64,000 nt of DNA from a virus. The notes below the pieces were generated by a model. It was not told the DNA's origin. It saw only the letters and a list, made by a program, of their open reading frames with translations, and did no database searches. This document shows positions 18,430 to 28,728 of the stretch, piece after piece. Positions within the stretch are counted from its first letter, which is position 1. Each line of letters begins with the position of its first letter. Location of the stretch: the IMG/VR virus record IMGVR_UViG_3300030419_008098, positions 32,745 to 96,744 of that record. One strand, 5' to 3'. The translations under genes and the position numbers were made by a program.

Positions 18430-19407
18430 TTAAGCCTGCATTAGTATATCTAATGTAGACGAAATATCCACAATATAATTTTGGTCAAAAAGCGGATTCT
18501 CTTGAGCACGGCCACTTTTTCCTCCGGGATTAGGGTTATGCACTAAAGAAAAAGAAGGAAAGAAGTATTTAGAAAACAGTCTGTCGGTCCCCATTAAGCG
18601 AGGCCAAGAATTACGATAATCTACTTCGAGAATACAAATATTTTTATTCATTAATAAAAGATTGGTCATATTAGCCCCCGTGGGGGAGATGAAAATTTTA
18701 CAACTGTTCAGAAGTAGGGCTTGATCACGGAAACTTAAATTGGCTAAAGTGTCTACAATTTTTACGGAAAAGCCAATCTTTTTAATTTCCTCTGCGAGCT
18801 GCGCGGCATTTAAGATTATGCGAGAGCCCGCCTCTTCTCGGGTGTAGATAATTACATCTTCAGCCGGAGGGGGTGGTAGCTTTAGGGTTGTAGAAATTAA
18901 CTTATATAACAGATGCGCATCCCCGGGATATCGCAACAATCTATCTTCCCCTAAAATAATAAGTTCTTCAAAGAAATAAACTTTTTCGGTTTGATAAACC
19001 ACCTTAATGTTAAACTGAGACAGCGCGCATAAAAATAAAGAATTACACCAATAGTTGGAGCCAGTTTTAAATGTACCCACAGCATCCATATCGCTTAATT
19101 GAGGAAAGGCTGGGGTCTCCAGGGAGTCGCTTTTTACATTAATTAATAAAGTGTCAATCCCCGCACTATTCTCTCTCAAAAAATGAAAAAAATTCAAGAA
19201 AGTATCGTAAGTAAAATGAGCTATATTGTGAACATGTAGTTCATAGCGAAGAGTAGTTCCCTTAAGATGTATAAAGTTCTCAAAAGAAAGGGGTTTATGA
19301 AAATTATATAAGCGATTTTCAATGGAAGTAAAGTTTCCAAACAAATCAGTACCATTATATATTCCTTTATGGGAATTTTTTAAAAATACATTCCTAAAAG
19401 ATTTCAT
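18430..19407 (-). CDS. Glycosyltransferase, GT61/DUF563-like
   Basis: NIAHF, IYTR..RIILN, LSFRDQ, SPTGANMTNLLLM. Confidence 0.75.
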   Translation of the reverse strand: MKSFRNVFLKNSHKGIYNGTDLFGNFTSIENRLYNFHKPLSFENFIHLKGTTLRYELHVHNIAHFTYDTFLNFFHFLRENSAGIDTLLINVKSDSLETPAFPQLSDMDAVGTFKTGSNYWCNSLFLCALSQFNIKVVYQTEKVYFFEELIILGEDRLLRYPGDAHLLYKLISTTLKLPPPPAEDVIIYTREEAGSRIILNAAQLAEEIKKIGFSVKIVDTLANLSFRDQALLLNSCKIFISPTGANMTNLLLMNKNICILEVDYRNSWPRLMGTDRLFSKYFFPSFSLVHNPNPGGKSGRAQENPLFDQNYIVDISSTLDILMQA

Positions 19408-20498
19408 TACTTGTGAAGGGTTTGGTAAATTTTAAGAAGGAAGTACCGCGCCAAAGACGTACTGCTAAAATACTTGAGGGCTCGCTCACTCATTTTTTTA
19501 ATCCGAGTTTCAAATTCGGAAGGGTGGGAATATAAATACAAAGCTTTTTCTACGAGTTCTCTATAATCAGTGCACTCCGCAAAAGAGTCGCATTCTGATA
19601 AAGGATATTCAGAAATGTCTATAGGAGGCTTCGTGAATAAAAAATAACTACCACTTGATAGGGCCTCCCAGGGGCGCTTGGAATCCCAAAAAGGCCAATG
19701 GTCAATGCCCCCATATAAAATACATTTACAGTTTCCCAGGGCGCTTACATACGCGGGATTGGAGGCCCAGCGGTGGTAGGAATGTATGTTCTGATCTTTG
19801 GAGGCCATAGCTGAAATGGGAGAAGGGAACTTCGGGTCACCATAAACTTTACCATAAAAAGTATTTCCGGGAATCAACCCCCTCGCTACTAAAGCGTCCA
19901 CCTCATTCCGTTTTTGGCCGGGACCAGAAATGTGGGCAAAATCTATCTCTCTATCCTTAAAGGAGCGCGACTTGGGATTTTTATAAAAATCCGTAATTCC
20001 AAAAGGTAAATAAAAATTGGCCTCGTGGGAGGAGGTAAATTGCTTCTGAGAGGTGAAGAGAATATCAGGGGTATAGTTTCCTAAGGGAAGGGCCCACCGC
20101 TCTAAAAATACATCCTGGGTTAAGTCCGAGGGCACACATTTACCATGGTCATCTACAAAAGAGTTGGCTTTCTTAATCCATGTGTCGTTACCATTTACCA
20201 CATCACTTCCATCCACCATTATTTTAATAAGGTTAGAGGGAATTAAATCCCATCGGGTGCCCCACTGCTGCCCGCTTAAGCAAAAATCATAACCTTCACT
20301 AGCGGCAGAAATGAGGTTTTCACAAAACCAGGAATTTATGTTTGATTTGAAAACGTCAATTTGAAACCCTAACTTATATAAACCCTCTAAAATTGTAATG
20401 ACGGGAGCCTCGTAACTTTCGGAACCAACGAAAAGAATTTTTTTATTAAAGTTTTTTTCAATTCCCCGAGCTTCTTGAAAATATTTTTTAATAATCAT
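19407..20498 (-). CDS. Glycosyltransferase, GT-B (CgeB/Glyco_trans_1_2-like)
   Basis: YLPFG, REIDF, YVSALG, SKRPWEALSSG. Confidence 0.65.
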   Translation of the reverse strand: MIIKKYFQEARGIEKNFNKKILFVGSESYEAPVITILEGLYKLGFQIDVFKSNINSWFCENLISAASEGYDFCLSGQQWGTRWDLIPSNLIKIMVDGSDVVNGNDTWIKKANSFVDDHGKCVPSDLTQDVFLERWALPLGNYTPDILFTSQKQFTSSHEANFYLPFGITDFYKNPKSRSFKDREIDFAHISGPGQKRNEVDALVARGLIPGNTFYGKVYGDPKFPSPISAMASKDQNIHSYHRWASNPAYVSALGNCKCILYGGIDHWPFWDSKRPWEALSSGSYFLFTKPPIDISEYPLSECDSFAECTDYRELVEKALYLYSHPSEFETRIKKMSERALKYFSSTSLARYFLLKIYQTLHK

Positions 20499-20551
20499 GG
20501 AACTTTTGTATTATAAAGGGAGGTTATTAATATTCTAATAAAAGAACTGTA

Positions 20552-21586
20552 ATGAAAGTGGTGATTGTCAAAGAGGCGTTAGATGAATTAGGGCCGTATT
20601 CATCTTTTGAATACAGGGGCATGTCATTTAAAAAATTATTAAATCAGTTTAAAACTAAAGCTAATGGGGTGCATACATTTTTAGCTTTTCAAGCCGATAG
20701 CATTATTCTTAACCAACCGCCTTCTCAAGGATATAAACAAAATATACCTCTAGAGCGTCAACAGAGGATTCTTTCCGCCACCACCAACACATACAATTTA
20801 AAAGACATATCGTGGGGAAGTTATGATGTGGTGTGGTGTCGCGATGCTATACTGGGGGAAATTGATACACTCAGAAAAAACTACCCTCAAACCTTATTTA
20901 TTTATGAAAATGTCGAACACGCGTTTGCGATAATGGATCCTCGGTATGACATAATTTTAAATCATGTGGATTTTTCATTTACCGGAAAACCCAACAAACA
21001 AGGTTTAACGCCCTTTCCTTATGTAATAAATCCTGCAATTTTAAGAAAAAATATAAACTGCAGCAAAAAAAGGGGGGTTTATCTAGATAGTAGAGACATC
21101 TACGAGTACGCCGAAGAAAAAAACATTAAAGATAAATACAAAAATCTCCAACAAAAATTTAAAACTTTTAATATAAACCTAAACTCTCTTATTCCAAGGC
21201 CAGAATTCTGTTATAGGGAGGTAAATGATATACAGTCCAATACCTATAATTATCTGAAGCGCGTAGGAGAAGCCGAATATTTTGCTTTATTAGCTGACCG
21301 AGAGGGGCAAGCATTGGTAGAAGCCGCCGCTCTAGGATGTATTGTAATTGGTAACGGGACGACGACACAATCGAAATTAATTTGCCATCCAGTATGTAGG
21401 GTGGAAAAATTTTTAGATGGGGGTCTTTTAAGGAATAAAATACTAGCCTTGCAAGAAAACGCCCCTCTTAAAAAAGAAATTTTAGAATACCAAAATACCG
21501 TTTTAGATAATTACTATTATAAATATCAAGAGCGCCTCATTCGCACCGCCCTTTATAATAAAAGAGGGTTAAGGGTTGCGTTTTAA
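20552..21586 (+). CDS. Glycosyltransferase-like protein (GT-B), paralog of 21569-22654
   Basis: GQALVEAAALGCIVI resembles the GT-B Ex7E region; YDVVWCRD shared with the paralog. Confidence 0.6.
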   Translation: MKVVIVKEALDELGPYSSFEYRGMSFKKLLNQFKTKANGVHTFLAFQADSIILNQPPSQGYKQNIPLERQQRILSATTNTYNLKDISWGSYDVVWCRDAILGEIDTLRKNYPQTLFIYENVEHAFAIMDPRYDIILNHVDFSFTGKPNKQGLTPFPYVINPAILRKNINCSKKRGVYLDSRDIYEYAEEKNIKDKYKNLQQKFKTFNINLNSLIPRPEFCYREVNDIQSNTYNYLKRVGEAEYFALLADREGQALVEAAALGCIVIGNGTTTQSKLICHPVCRVEKFLDGGLLRNKILALQENAPLKKEILEYQNTVLDNYYYKYQERLIRTALYNKRGLRVAF

Positions 21587-22654
21587 CTGAAGTGCTGTAG
21601 ATAAAATATTTTGTTGGTATTCTACAAAATAGGTTTGGAGTCTTTGATTTTGATAGAGTAGTATTTCTTCTTGAAGTTGGGGGTTTGATTCGAGCTTAAG
21701 TATGCGCTCTTCGACCTCCGAGTAGGGTTGAAAAGAAGAAAAAAGAGTAAAAGGATGGCATAGGAGATTGTGGTTGGGTGAACGAGTGGTACCAAAGCAA
21801 ATACAATTTAACCCTGCGGCATCCACTAAAGATTGACCTAACCTACCGCTAGTTGAGGAAAAATATTTACTTTCCGCCAGTAAAGATAAATATTGAAAGC
21901 TGTCGGACTCACCACTCGGAGATACGCATAATCCGTTAAGGGAATTCTTGAGATTACAGACTTTCTTAATGTTTCGATCCGCCTGGATGTGGTTTAATTT
22001 AGCCACCACCTTTATTTTGTCGGAGGAATAGCTAGGCGAAGAGGCACTCAACTCTGCCCCCAAAGCATAGTGCATCAGATCCCTATAGTCTATGTATAGC
22101 TGTATTTTTTTATCGCAAGAAAACTGCTTTCTCATTTTAGCTGGAGAACGCGGATAGGGAAATGGGATTTCCTTGTTTAATTCTTGGAGTAATATATCCC
22201 GGGGTGGGTGGTCGTGGCGCAAAATCAAATCATAAAAACGTGAATTGGTGGGACAGAACCCACGACTATGCTCAACTTCCTCATAAACAAAAAGAGTAGT
22301 GGGGTATTTAACCTTATGGGATTGAATGTTTTTTAAAATAGGGTCACGACACCATACTACATCATAATTTTCAAATGGAATCTCTTGCTCGGATTTTACA
22401 GTCCCTAAGGTGGCGTGATAAGTATTGGTATAATTATCTTCTAAAGTGTTGGCTTCAATAATGTCGCATTCATGCCGGGCAAAGTTGTAGCTGTCTAAAA
22501 TGTAATGGTCGGCTTCGAATAACAAAAAGGATTCTAAGCCATTAGTTTTGGTGTTATGGAGCTTTAGTAAATCTTGAAATTTTAAATCCCTATAGTTGAA
22601 AGAGGTGGTGGGACCCAGGACGTCATAATATTGTTTGATTATACAGACTTTCAT
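21569..22654 (-). CDS. Glycosyltransferase-like protein (GT-B), paralog of 20552-21586
   Basis: GQSLVDAAGLNCI, YDVVWCRD, LLCHP. Confidence 0.6.
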   Translation of the reverse strand: MKVCIIKQYYDVLGPTTSFNYRDLKFQDLLKLHNTKTNGLESFLLFEADHYILDSYNFARHECDIIEANTLEDNYTNTYHATLGTVKSEQEIPFENYDVVWCRDPILKNIQSHKVKYPTTLFVYEEVEHSRGFCPTNSRFYDLILRHDHPPRDILLQELNKEIPFPYPRSPAKMRKQFSCDKKIQLYIDYRDLMHYALGAELSASSPSYSSDKIKVVAKLNHIQADRNIKKVCNLKNSLNGLCVSPSGESDSFQYLSLLAESKYFSSTSGRLGQSLVDAAGLNCICFGTTRSPNHNLLCHPFTLFSSFQPYSEVEERILKLESNPQLQEEILLYQNQRLQTYFVEYQQNILSTALQLKRNP

Positions 22655-22704
22655 TTTTTTTTAGATTTATGTGAAAATTAATTGAATATAAAGCAAGAAA
22701 TATT

Positions 22705-23805
22705 ATGGCGTGCAACAAGATTATTATAAATAACATGGCGGAGATTGATGCCTATTTGCAATCTCAAGACACTGAAAACTGTAATATCGCTAACTATGTA
22801 TGGTTGGAGTATGGTTTTTATCCTATATTCTTTAATGAATTGTTTTATGAATTTTTTAATAATTTGAAGGGGAAATATATTGGGTTATGTTTTGAGGGAC
22901 AAGAAATCTTATACGAAGACAAAGTAGATGACTTGTTGATTTTGAAAGATTTTATAGATACTCGCAAAACCTACCTAGATAATAAAGAAACTCCGCTACT
23001 AATTCAAAACTTTAATTCTATAAGCGATAGGGGTATTGCTTTTTGGTATACGTTGCGTAATTTCGATGAAAATGAATATGCTAATGTTGTATACAAATAT
23101 AAATATAAAAACATCCTACACCCTTTAGGTAAAGATGATCCCTGGAGGCTCGGGTTGTTTTCGTGTTTAAAATTTTGCTATGCCACCGGAGAGAAAGAGT
23201 TTTGGACAACTGAAGATACATTGTGGAAAACTTCGGGAACCCTGGGGTGGCGACTCGATAGATGGAGGCAAGATTATAAATTCCCAAATATTCTACCCTT
23301 TGACACCAACGAGTACTATGCCATTTTCGTAAAAAATACCTGGAAAACGCGCAACTTTAGATCGAACAATATTCAAGACATCCTCGTGGGAGACAGTGGG
23401 GCTGAGGGGCAAAGAGGGTTTGGTTTTGTGGATACGGGGTTTTATAAAAACCTAATAGAATATATTTTAAAAAACAATAAAAAATTAGTTATTATTAGCG
23501 ACCTAGTAAAATACCCCATACCCGTTCACCCTAATATAGAAGTTTTTGAGATGAAGGGCTTTTTTGATATAAAAAAATATTGCGCCGTGGTCCATAATAG
23601 TAAAGCGTTTCTAACCTCTTCTACCTCGCCATTAGATTTAGCGTCTTATTATTGTGATACTAATATAGTCTGCCTCGACGACCAGCAAAATAAATTTTCC
23701 TGGGTAGAGCAAATATTAAAAATCAAAAATAAAAAGGGGCTGGCCTTTGATATGCAGCATGATAGCTTCGGGAAACTCAAATCTTTCCTCGAAGAGTTAG
23801 GATAA
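22705..23805 (+). CDS. Hypothetical protein, possibly a glycan-modifying enzyme
   Basis: Long ORF inside the glycan island; weak GT9-like C-terminus (SKAFLTSSTSPLDLA). Confidence 0.45.
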   Translation: MACNKIIINNMAEIDAYLQSQDTENCNIANYVWLEYGFYPIFFNELFYEFFNNLKGKYIGLCFEGQEILYEDKVDDLLILKDFIDTRKTYLDNKETPLLIQNFNSISDRGIAFWYTLRNFDENEYANVVYKYKYKNILHPLGKDDPWRLGLFSCLKFCYATGEKEFWTTEDTLWKTSGTLGWRLDRWRQDYKFPNILPFDTNEYYAIFVKNTWKTRNFRSNNIQDILVGDSGAEGQRGFGFVDTGFYKNLIEYILKNNKKLVIISDLVKYPIPVHPNIEVFEMKGFFDIKKYCAVVHNSKAFLTSSTSPLDLASYYCDTNIVCLDDQQNKFSWVEQILKIKNKKGLAFDMQHDSFGKLKSFLEELG

Positions 23806-23806
23806 C

Positions 23807-24508
23807 TTAGAGCTCAGATATTACTCTCCCCTCTAAGGGCATCATAGGTATATCGGTAGGCTGACCCCAAAGCTGATGGTAGGGATAGGAAAATAAATCG
23901 GTAGAAGGTATCTTGTTTATATCGCAGCGCACAAAAGCCATGTTGACGTGATTTAGCCAGACTAAATCATAGCCTTTCAATGCTCCCAGCTCCAAGAAGG
24001 CTGGCGCAGAGGCGCCATAATAACGGATATTGTTGAGGTGGCGATAACCTGGCTCATATCGCATAACACAACTTTCGGAATGATTGGAATTGTATTCCAC
24101 TAAAACCACCTGTGGTTGATAGTTTAAATTTTTCCAAACCCACCAATCAATACTGTCGATGTCAATGGTGAAGAATTCAAAATCTTCTTTAATGTTATGA
24201 GCTTTTAGGTGAAAATTTACATTTGTAGAATCGTCCTCGCAGGTAACAAAAGAGTTAATGCAAATGGCATCGTGTCCAGCCAAATTTTGTTGGGACTCTT
24301 GAGATTTTTGAGAGTCTCCTTCTATGCAGAGGCCTCGCCAGCCTTTTTCTAGGAGCAATTTAGTATTACTAAGATAAACGCCATCCCACGCCCCCACATC
24401 AACAAAAACTCCTTTTTCTATCCCTTGACGCTCAAAAATCTCTTGTAATACTCCATCTTCATTATTTTGGCTATATTTAGACCAGGGATATTTTGTTAAA
24501 GAACTCAT
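23807..24508 (-). CDS. FkbM-like SAM-dependent methyltransferase
   Basis: YSQNNEDG, FVDVGAWDG..SN, GWRGLCIEGD, IDIDSIDW. Confidence 0.8.
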   Translation of the reverse strand: MSSLTKYPWSKYSQNNEDGVLQEIFERQGIEKGVFVDVGAWDGVYLSNTKLLLEKGWRGLCIEGDSQKSQESQQNLAGHDAICINSFVTCEDDSTNVNFHLKAHNIKEDFEFFTIDIDSIDWWVWKNLNYQPQVVLVEYNSNHSESCVMRYEPGYRHLNNIRYYGASAPAFLELGALKGYDLVWLNHVNMAFVRCDINKIPSTDLFSYPYHQLWGQPTDIPMMPLEGRVISEL

Positions 24509-25194
24509 TGTAATATATTGGCATAGGGAATATTATTCTCTAAATGAAAGAGGTCAGAGGGTTTTACCTTAAATTGGTTCATTAGAGCGGTGGGAACAAC
24601 GTATAGTTTTCCTACGCCTATACAATGAGGCCTAAGAGAAGGATGATAATTTTCGGCTGTATTTGAATAATAATAAACATAATCCCCCAGATTTTTCAGT
24701 GCATCCTTTACAAAACTTAGGTCACACGCTTGATCTTTGTATTTATCATATTGAAGGGGGCGGTGGGGGACATAAAAATCGTCAATTACAATAATCGCTT
24801 TATTTTTATAAACTTTTCCAATTTCCTGGAGTTCGGCATTAAGGGGCCAGTCATTTTCCCAATGGGCATCTAAAAAACATAAAATAAAATCGTGTTGTTC
24901 TTGGAGTAGGGGTAGTTGTTTGGATAAAAATTCTACCGAGTGGGATTTGGTAATTGAAATGTTAGCGGCACCAGCTTCTTTGAATTTCGCGGAGGAATAA
25001 GAAAACCATTCATCGGTGATTTCTACGGTGTGTACATTGGACGCGAAGGCAGAAAGCCATAAAGAAGTGTTTCCTGTATAAGTCCCGGTTTCAATACAAC
25101 AAGATACTTTAAATTTCTCTAATAAAAGTTTTACTTGTTTTTCTACCTGAAGGTCACAATTAAATGCTCCTCCCTGATCATTTGCGTGAAACAT
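24505..25194 (-). CDS. SAM-dependent methyltransferase
   Basis: IETGTYTG, TVEI, FLDAH, IVIDD. Confidence 0.8.
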   Translation of the reverse strand: MFHANDQGGAFNCDLQVEKQVKLLLEKFKVSCCIETGTYTGNTSLWLSAFASNVHTVEITDEWFSYSSAKFKEAGAANISITKSHSVEFLSKQLPLLQEQHDFILCFLDAHWENDWPLNAELQEIGKVYKNKAIIVIDDFYVPHRPLQYDKYKDQACDLSFVKDALKNLGDYVYYYSNTAENYHPSLRPHCIGVGKLYVVPTALMNQFKVKPSDLFHLENNIPYANILQ

Positions 25195-25199
25195 GGAGT

Positions 25200-25973
25200 T
25201 TAGGAATTAGGGATTAAGCAAGTAGGTGGCGGAAGTAATTTATGTTTAGTATTAAGATGGCGAGCCGTATAAAGATCTAGGACTTCTTTTTGGCGTAGAG
25301 AGAGATTGGAGTAGTCTCCCTTGTGGATATCATAATAATTCAATGCCCACTCTAGTTCATCGTAAGAAGCGCCTATTTGGTCTTCGTCGGTCCTATTATC
25401 ATCCCATAGGCCATCAGTGGGGGGAGCAGCAAGAATATCTTCCAAAATATCCAATTCTTTTGCCAGCGAGTAAACTTGGTTTTTGGTTAAATCCGCAATA
25501 GGACTTAAGTCCACCCCCCCATCCCCATACTTGGTAAAAAAACCAATTCCATAATCTTCAACTTTATTTCCCGTACCTAAAACTAAATAGTTGTGGGTGT
25601 TGGCTATACTATAAATAGCGGTCATCCTTAAGCGCGAGGCGGTATTAGCTAAAGCTAATTTATTTACACAAGAAGGGAAGGCCTCCACTAACGAATTAAA
25701 AGAGTCTGTCAGATCAATCGTGTAAGGTTTAATGTTGTTGAATTTCTCTTCGAGCCAATCAATATGATCCAGGGATCGGCTGTGCTGCGAAGCCTCTTGA
25801 TTGATGGGTAAACTTAAGGGGATAACAGGTAGGTTGGTAAGAGCGCCTAAGGTGGAAGTTAGGGCAGAATCCACGCCTCCAGAAACCCCCACTACAAAGC
25901 CCTTGGAGCCGCTTTTATTAGCGTAATTAATTAGCCAGTCCGTAATATGTTTGGTGATTTCAGAATGATTCAT
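25200..25973 (-). CDS. nadE: NH3-dependent NAD+ synthetase
   Basis: GVSGGVDSA, N..SRLRM, GTGNKVE, FFTKYGDGG, PTDGLW..RTDEDQIG. Confidence 0.93.
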   Translation of the reverse strand: MNHSEITKHITDWLINYANKSGSKGFVVGVSGGVDSALTSTLGALTNLPVIPLSLPINQEASQHSRSLDHIDWLEEKFNNIKPYTIDLTDSFNSLVEAFPSCVNKLALANTASRLRMTAIYSIANTHNYLVLGTGNKVEDYGIGFFTKYGDGGVDLSPIADLTKNQVYSLAKELDILEDILAAPPTDGLWDDNRTDEDQIGASYDELEWALNYYDIHKGDYSNLSLRQKEVLDLYTARHLNTKHKLLPPPTCLIPNS

Positions 25974-25977
25974 GAAT

Positions 25978-27087
25978 TTAATCCGTTTGTTTGTAAATAA
26001 AAAGATCTCCGAATTGTGCCTTAAGTACTTTAAGGACTGGAGCTCTTTCGTTAATATGAACTATATAGCCGGCAAGCGCAAGAGCTTCCGCGAATTTAAG
26101 TTGTTGGGATTCCGTGAGAATCGTTGACTCCGGTTTATAAGTTATGGGGCCTAGCTCAATAGGTTTAGTTTTATCGGGAAACTTTTTGATATAATCATCG
26201 AATTGATAAGTGAGATGAAGATCGTTCATTTCATCGGCGGCCTTACAAAGAGGAGCCTCTCTTCCACGGGATAACGCATAACGCCTTAAAGCTTTATTGT
26301 CTCGGGGAAAACACGGTCCTCCGTAGCCATAACCAAACCCCAAATATTTTGAAGAAATACGGGAATCTTTGCCTATTGCCCCCAAAACCTTATCGGGGCT
26401 TGCTCCGCTGGCTACACAAATATCCCCAATCATATTTGCATAAGAAATTTTTGTTGTAAGAAAGCAGTTGAGAGATAGTTTACAAATCTCCGCCTCAAGA
26501 CAGCTGACGCGACAAAAAGTTGGGGTGTTGTTGGTCATTTTTTTGTAATGAGCCTCTATTTCATCCCCCCCCTCTACCGTTGATTCTCCAATTAACACCA
26601 TGTCAGGAGAAAGTTGATCGCGTAAAATTGTGCCTTGGGCAATGAATTCAGGGTTATAAAAAACATTGTAATTATAAGCACTTAAAAGAGACTGAATTTT
26701 GTCACAGTACCCCGGGAAGGTAGTTGAGCAAATGATTAAATTACGCGAGGAATCCTGTTTGCCTAAAGAGATTAATTCTGTAATTAAGTTATCAATGCGA
26801 CTGTGGTCATATTCTCCATTCGGTAAAGAAGGGGTATCTATGACCACATACAAAAACCTACTAAAAGAGACGGCCTCTTCTAGGTTTGTGGTGGCTATAA
26901 AATTATTGCTTTCCTTAAGGTATTTATTAACCCCAGGTTCATCCGAAGAAAAACTCTTTGAGTTTATAGCCTCCACGTAAGCGGTATTAATATCTACCCC
27001 TCTCACACAATACCCAGCCTTCTCTAGGGTGAGAGAAAAGCATAACCCTAATTTTCCTATTCCTATGACGCTGATGTTTTGTTTCAT
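25978..27087 (-). CDS. UDP-glucose/GDP-mannose 6-dehydrogenase family
   Basis: GIGKLG, DTP, STTFPG, NPEFIAQG, GYGGPCFPRD; start set at MKQN (ATGA overlap). Confidence 0.92.
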   Translation of the reverse strand: MKQNISVIGIGKLGLCFSLTLEKAGYCVRGVDINTAYVEAINSKSFSSDEPGVNKYLKESNNFIATTNLEEAVSFSRFLYVVIDTPSLPNGEYDHSRIDNLITELISLGKQDSSRNLIICSTTFPGYCDKIQSLLSAYNYNVFYNPEFIAQGTILRDQLSPDMVLIGESTVEGGDEIEAHYKKMTNNTPTFCRVSCLEAEICKLSLNCFLTTKISYANMIGDICVASGASPDKVLGAIGKDSRISSKYLGFGYGYGGPCFPRDNKALRRYALSRGREAPLCKAADEMNDLHLTYQFDDYIKKFPDKTKPIELGPITYKPESTILTESQQLKFAEALALAGYIVHINERAPVLKVLKAQFGDLFIYKQTD

Positions 27088-27875
27088 GATAGAGTTTTCC
27101 GGGACAAGCATATTTGTTGATCGGCATTATAGGAAGTAATAAAGTCTGCATCAACGATAGAGCAAAATCCTTTGGGCGCGGGCTTCCAGGTATCCGCTTT
27201 AAAAAATAGTTGGTCGTTATAAAGTTCATCGCTGTCGGGGCGAACATGGCGACTAATGGGGTCAGAGTGAATTGCTTGAACCGTAGCGGTGGCATCAATT
27301 AGCGGGATTCGACCAACTTTCGAAAGACCAATAAACCATTGGTCCCAGCGGAATTTAGGGACAATAAAAGGTGGAATGGTAACCCCACGTAAGAAATCGG
27401 TTTTAAAGAGAAAATAATCTATGCCACAGGGATCATGAATGGCCCCGTTCTCGGAGACGACCTTTTGTATGTCTTTTTGGGTCCAGGAGTCCGAAATTAA
27501 ATGAGGAGAAAACCAGTCATAACGTTGACCCACCATAAAAAAATCCTTTACATTTTCTTGCAAAAAAGATGCAGACGCCAGAAAGTCAGGAAAAATCATT
27601 ATGTCCGCATTAATATAACACATGTAGTCGGTAGAGACCACAGAAAGCATTGAGTCGAGAAGTGAATCTAAAAAAGGAAGGCCGCTTTCACTTAGAGACC
27701 CTTCGGGGTGGAGGGTTATATTGTAAGATGAAAGGAGCTCTTTAAACTCATCATTATCGGGACCCCATAAATGGACATCTACCCCTAAGCGGGCCCATGT
27801 TTTAAAGGCGTTAATTACGAGATAGTCGTCTGGAGAAACTACCCCTGAGGTGCAGCAAAAAGTTAGATTATTCAT
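27084..27875 (-). CDS. Glycosyltransferase-like (GT-A; NADI / GxDxF / WD family)
   Basis: YINADI, GQRYD, GIDYFLF, RWDQW, AIH; related to the core of 48532-49965. Confidence 0.6.
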   Translation of the reverse strand: MNNLTFCCTSGVVSPDDYLVINAFKTWARLGVDVHLWGPDNDEFKELLSSYNITLHPEGSLSESGLPFLDSLLDSMLSVVSTDYMCYINADIMIFPDFLASASFLQENVKDFFMVGQRYDWFSPHLISDSWTQKDIQKVVSENGAIHDPCGIDYFLFKTDFLRGVTIPPFIVPKFRWDQWFIGLSKVGRIPLIDATATVQAIHSDPISRHVRPDSDELYNDQLFFKADTWKPAPKGFCSIVDADFITSYNADQQICLSRKTLS

Positions 27876-28728
27876 CGCGAATACAAATATTGTTAAGCGA
27901 GTGGGACCTCATTAGCTCGCGCTGCTCGGTTGTATTGCTCCAATCGCTGAAATTGATATAATTATAATGCTCTACCGGAATAACTTCACAATCGTATTTA
28001 AAATGAGATATAAAAGATTGAGGCGTATTTTCATATACAGGGAAATAGATTTTTTTTAACCCCGGAGCCATTTGAGAAAAAACCCTACTAAAGCTTCCGG
28101 CCCCACCACAAATAAAAATGCTAGCATTAAGTATAGTATTTATGTCTGTCCATAAGTCTTCGGTCTGAAGCGTGCAGTCCCACTTGGAAGATAAAAGATT
28201 TTCAATGACGGGGTTGGATTTATCTTCTGATACTAAAAGGATTTTTTTGGGATTTTCTTTTTCGAAAATCTTTAAAAAATAAGAAGCAGGAGATTGGAGA
28301 ATGTGTCCGGGAGAAGAGGAAAAAATATCACCACCTCTAAGGTGAACCACGATATCATGAGTGTTGCTGGTTTTTTTATAATGAAAAAACGAGAAACAAT
28401 ATTTTTTAAGGACCTCCAAACGCTGGGACTCCACTTCACTTTGTGAAATGTCGAAGTGCTCCCAAATATTCCAAAAATCAGAGGAATATAAACTTTGGTT
28501 AACCAAACTATTCTCCGAATCTCCTCGGAAATCAAAATGGGTTGGGGATAAAATGGGATGATCTAGAACTCGCAAGGGAGATTTTATTTTTTTTGCTAAA
28601 ACTATAGCATTAGATAATTGTAAAACATTATTACCCAAACGCCCAAACCAGGAGTCTAGGAAAAGTGGTTGACCTGTATCAGGGAGAGGAGGTGATTTGA
28701 TCATATATCCATTTATAGGTTTTTTCAA
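27868..28728 (-). CDS. Alpha-1,2-fucosyltransferase-like (GT11)
   Basis: GRLGN..Q, VHLRGGD, SFS; true start may be 28704. Confidence 0.7.
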   Translation of the reverse strand: MKKPINGYMIKSPPLPDTGQPLFLDSWFGRLGNNVLQLSNAIVLAKKIKSPLRVLDHPILSPTHFDFRGDSENSLVNQSLYSSDFWNIWEHFDISQSEVESQRLEVLKKYCFSFFHYKKTSNTHDIVVHLRGGDIFSSSPGHILQSPASYFLKIFEKENPKKILLVSEDKSNPVIENLLSSKWDCTLQTEDLWTDINTILNASIFICGGAGSFSRVFSQMAPGLKKIYFPVYENTPQSFISHFKYDCEVIPVEHYNYINFSDWSNTTEQRELMRSHSLNNICIRDE

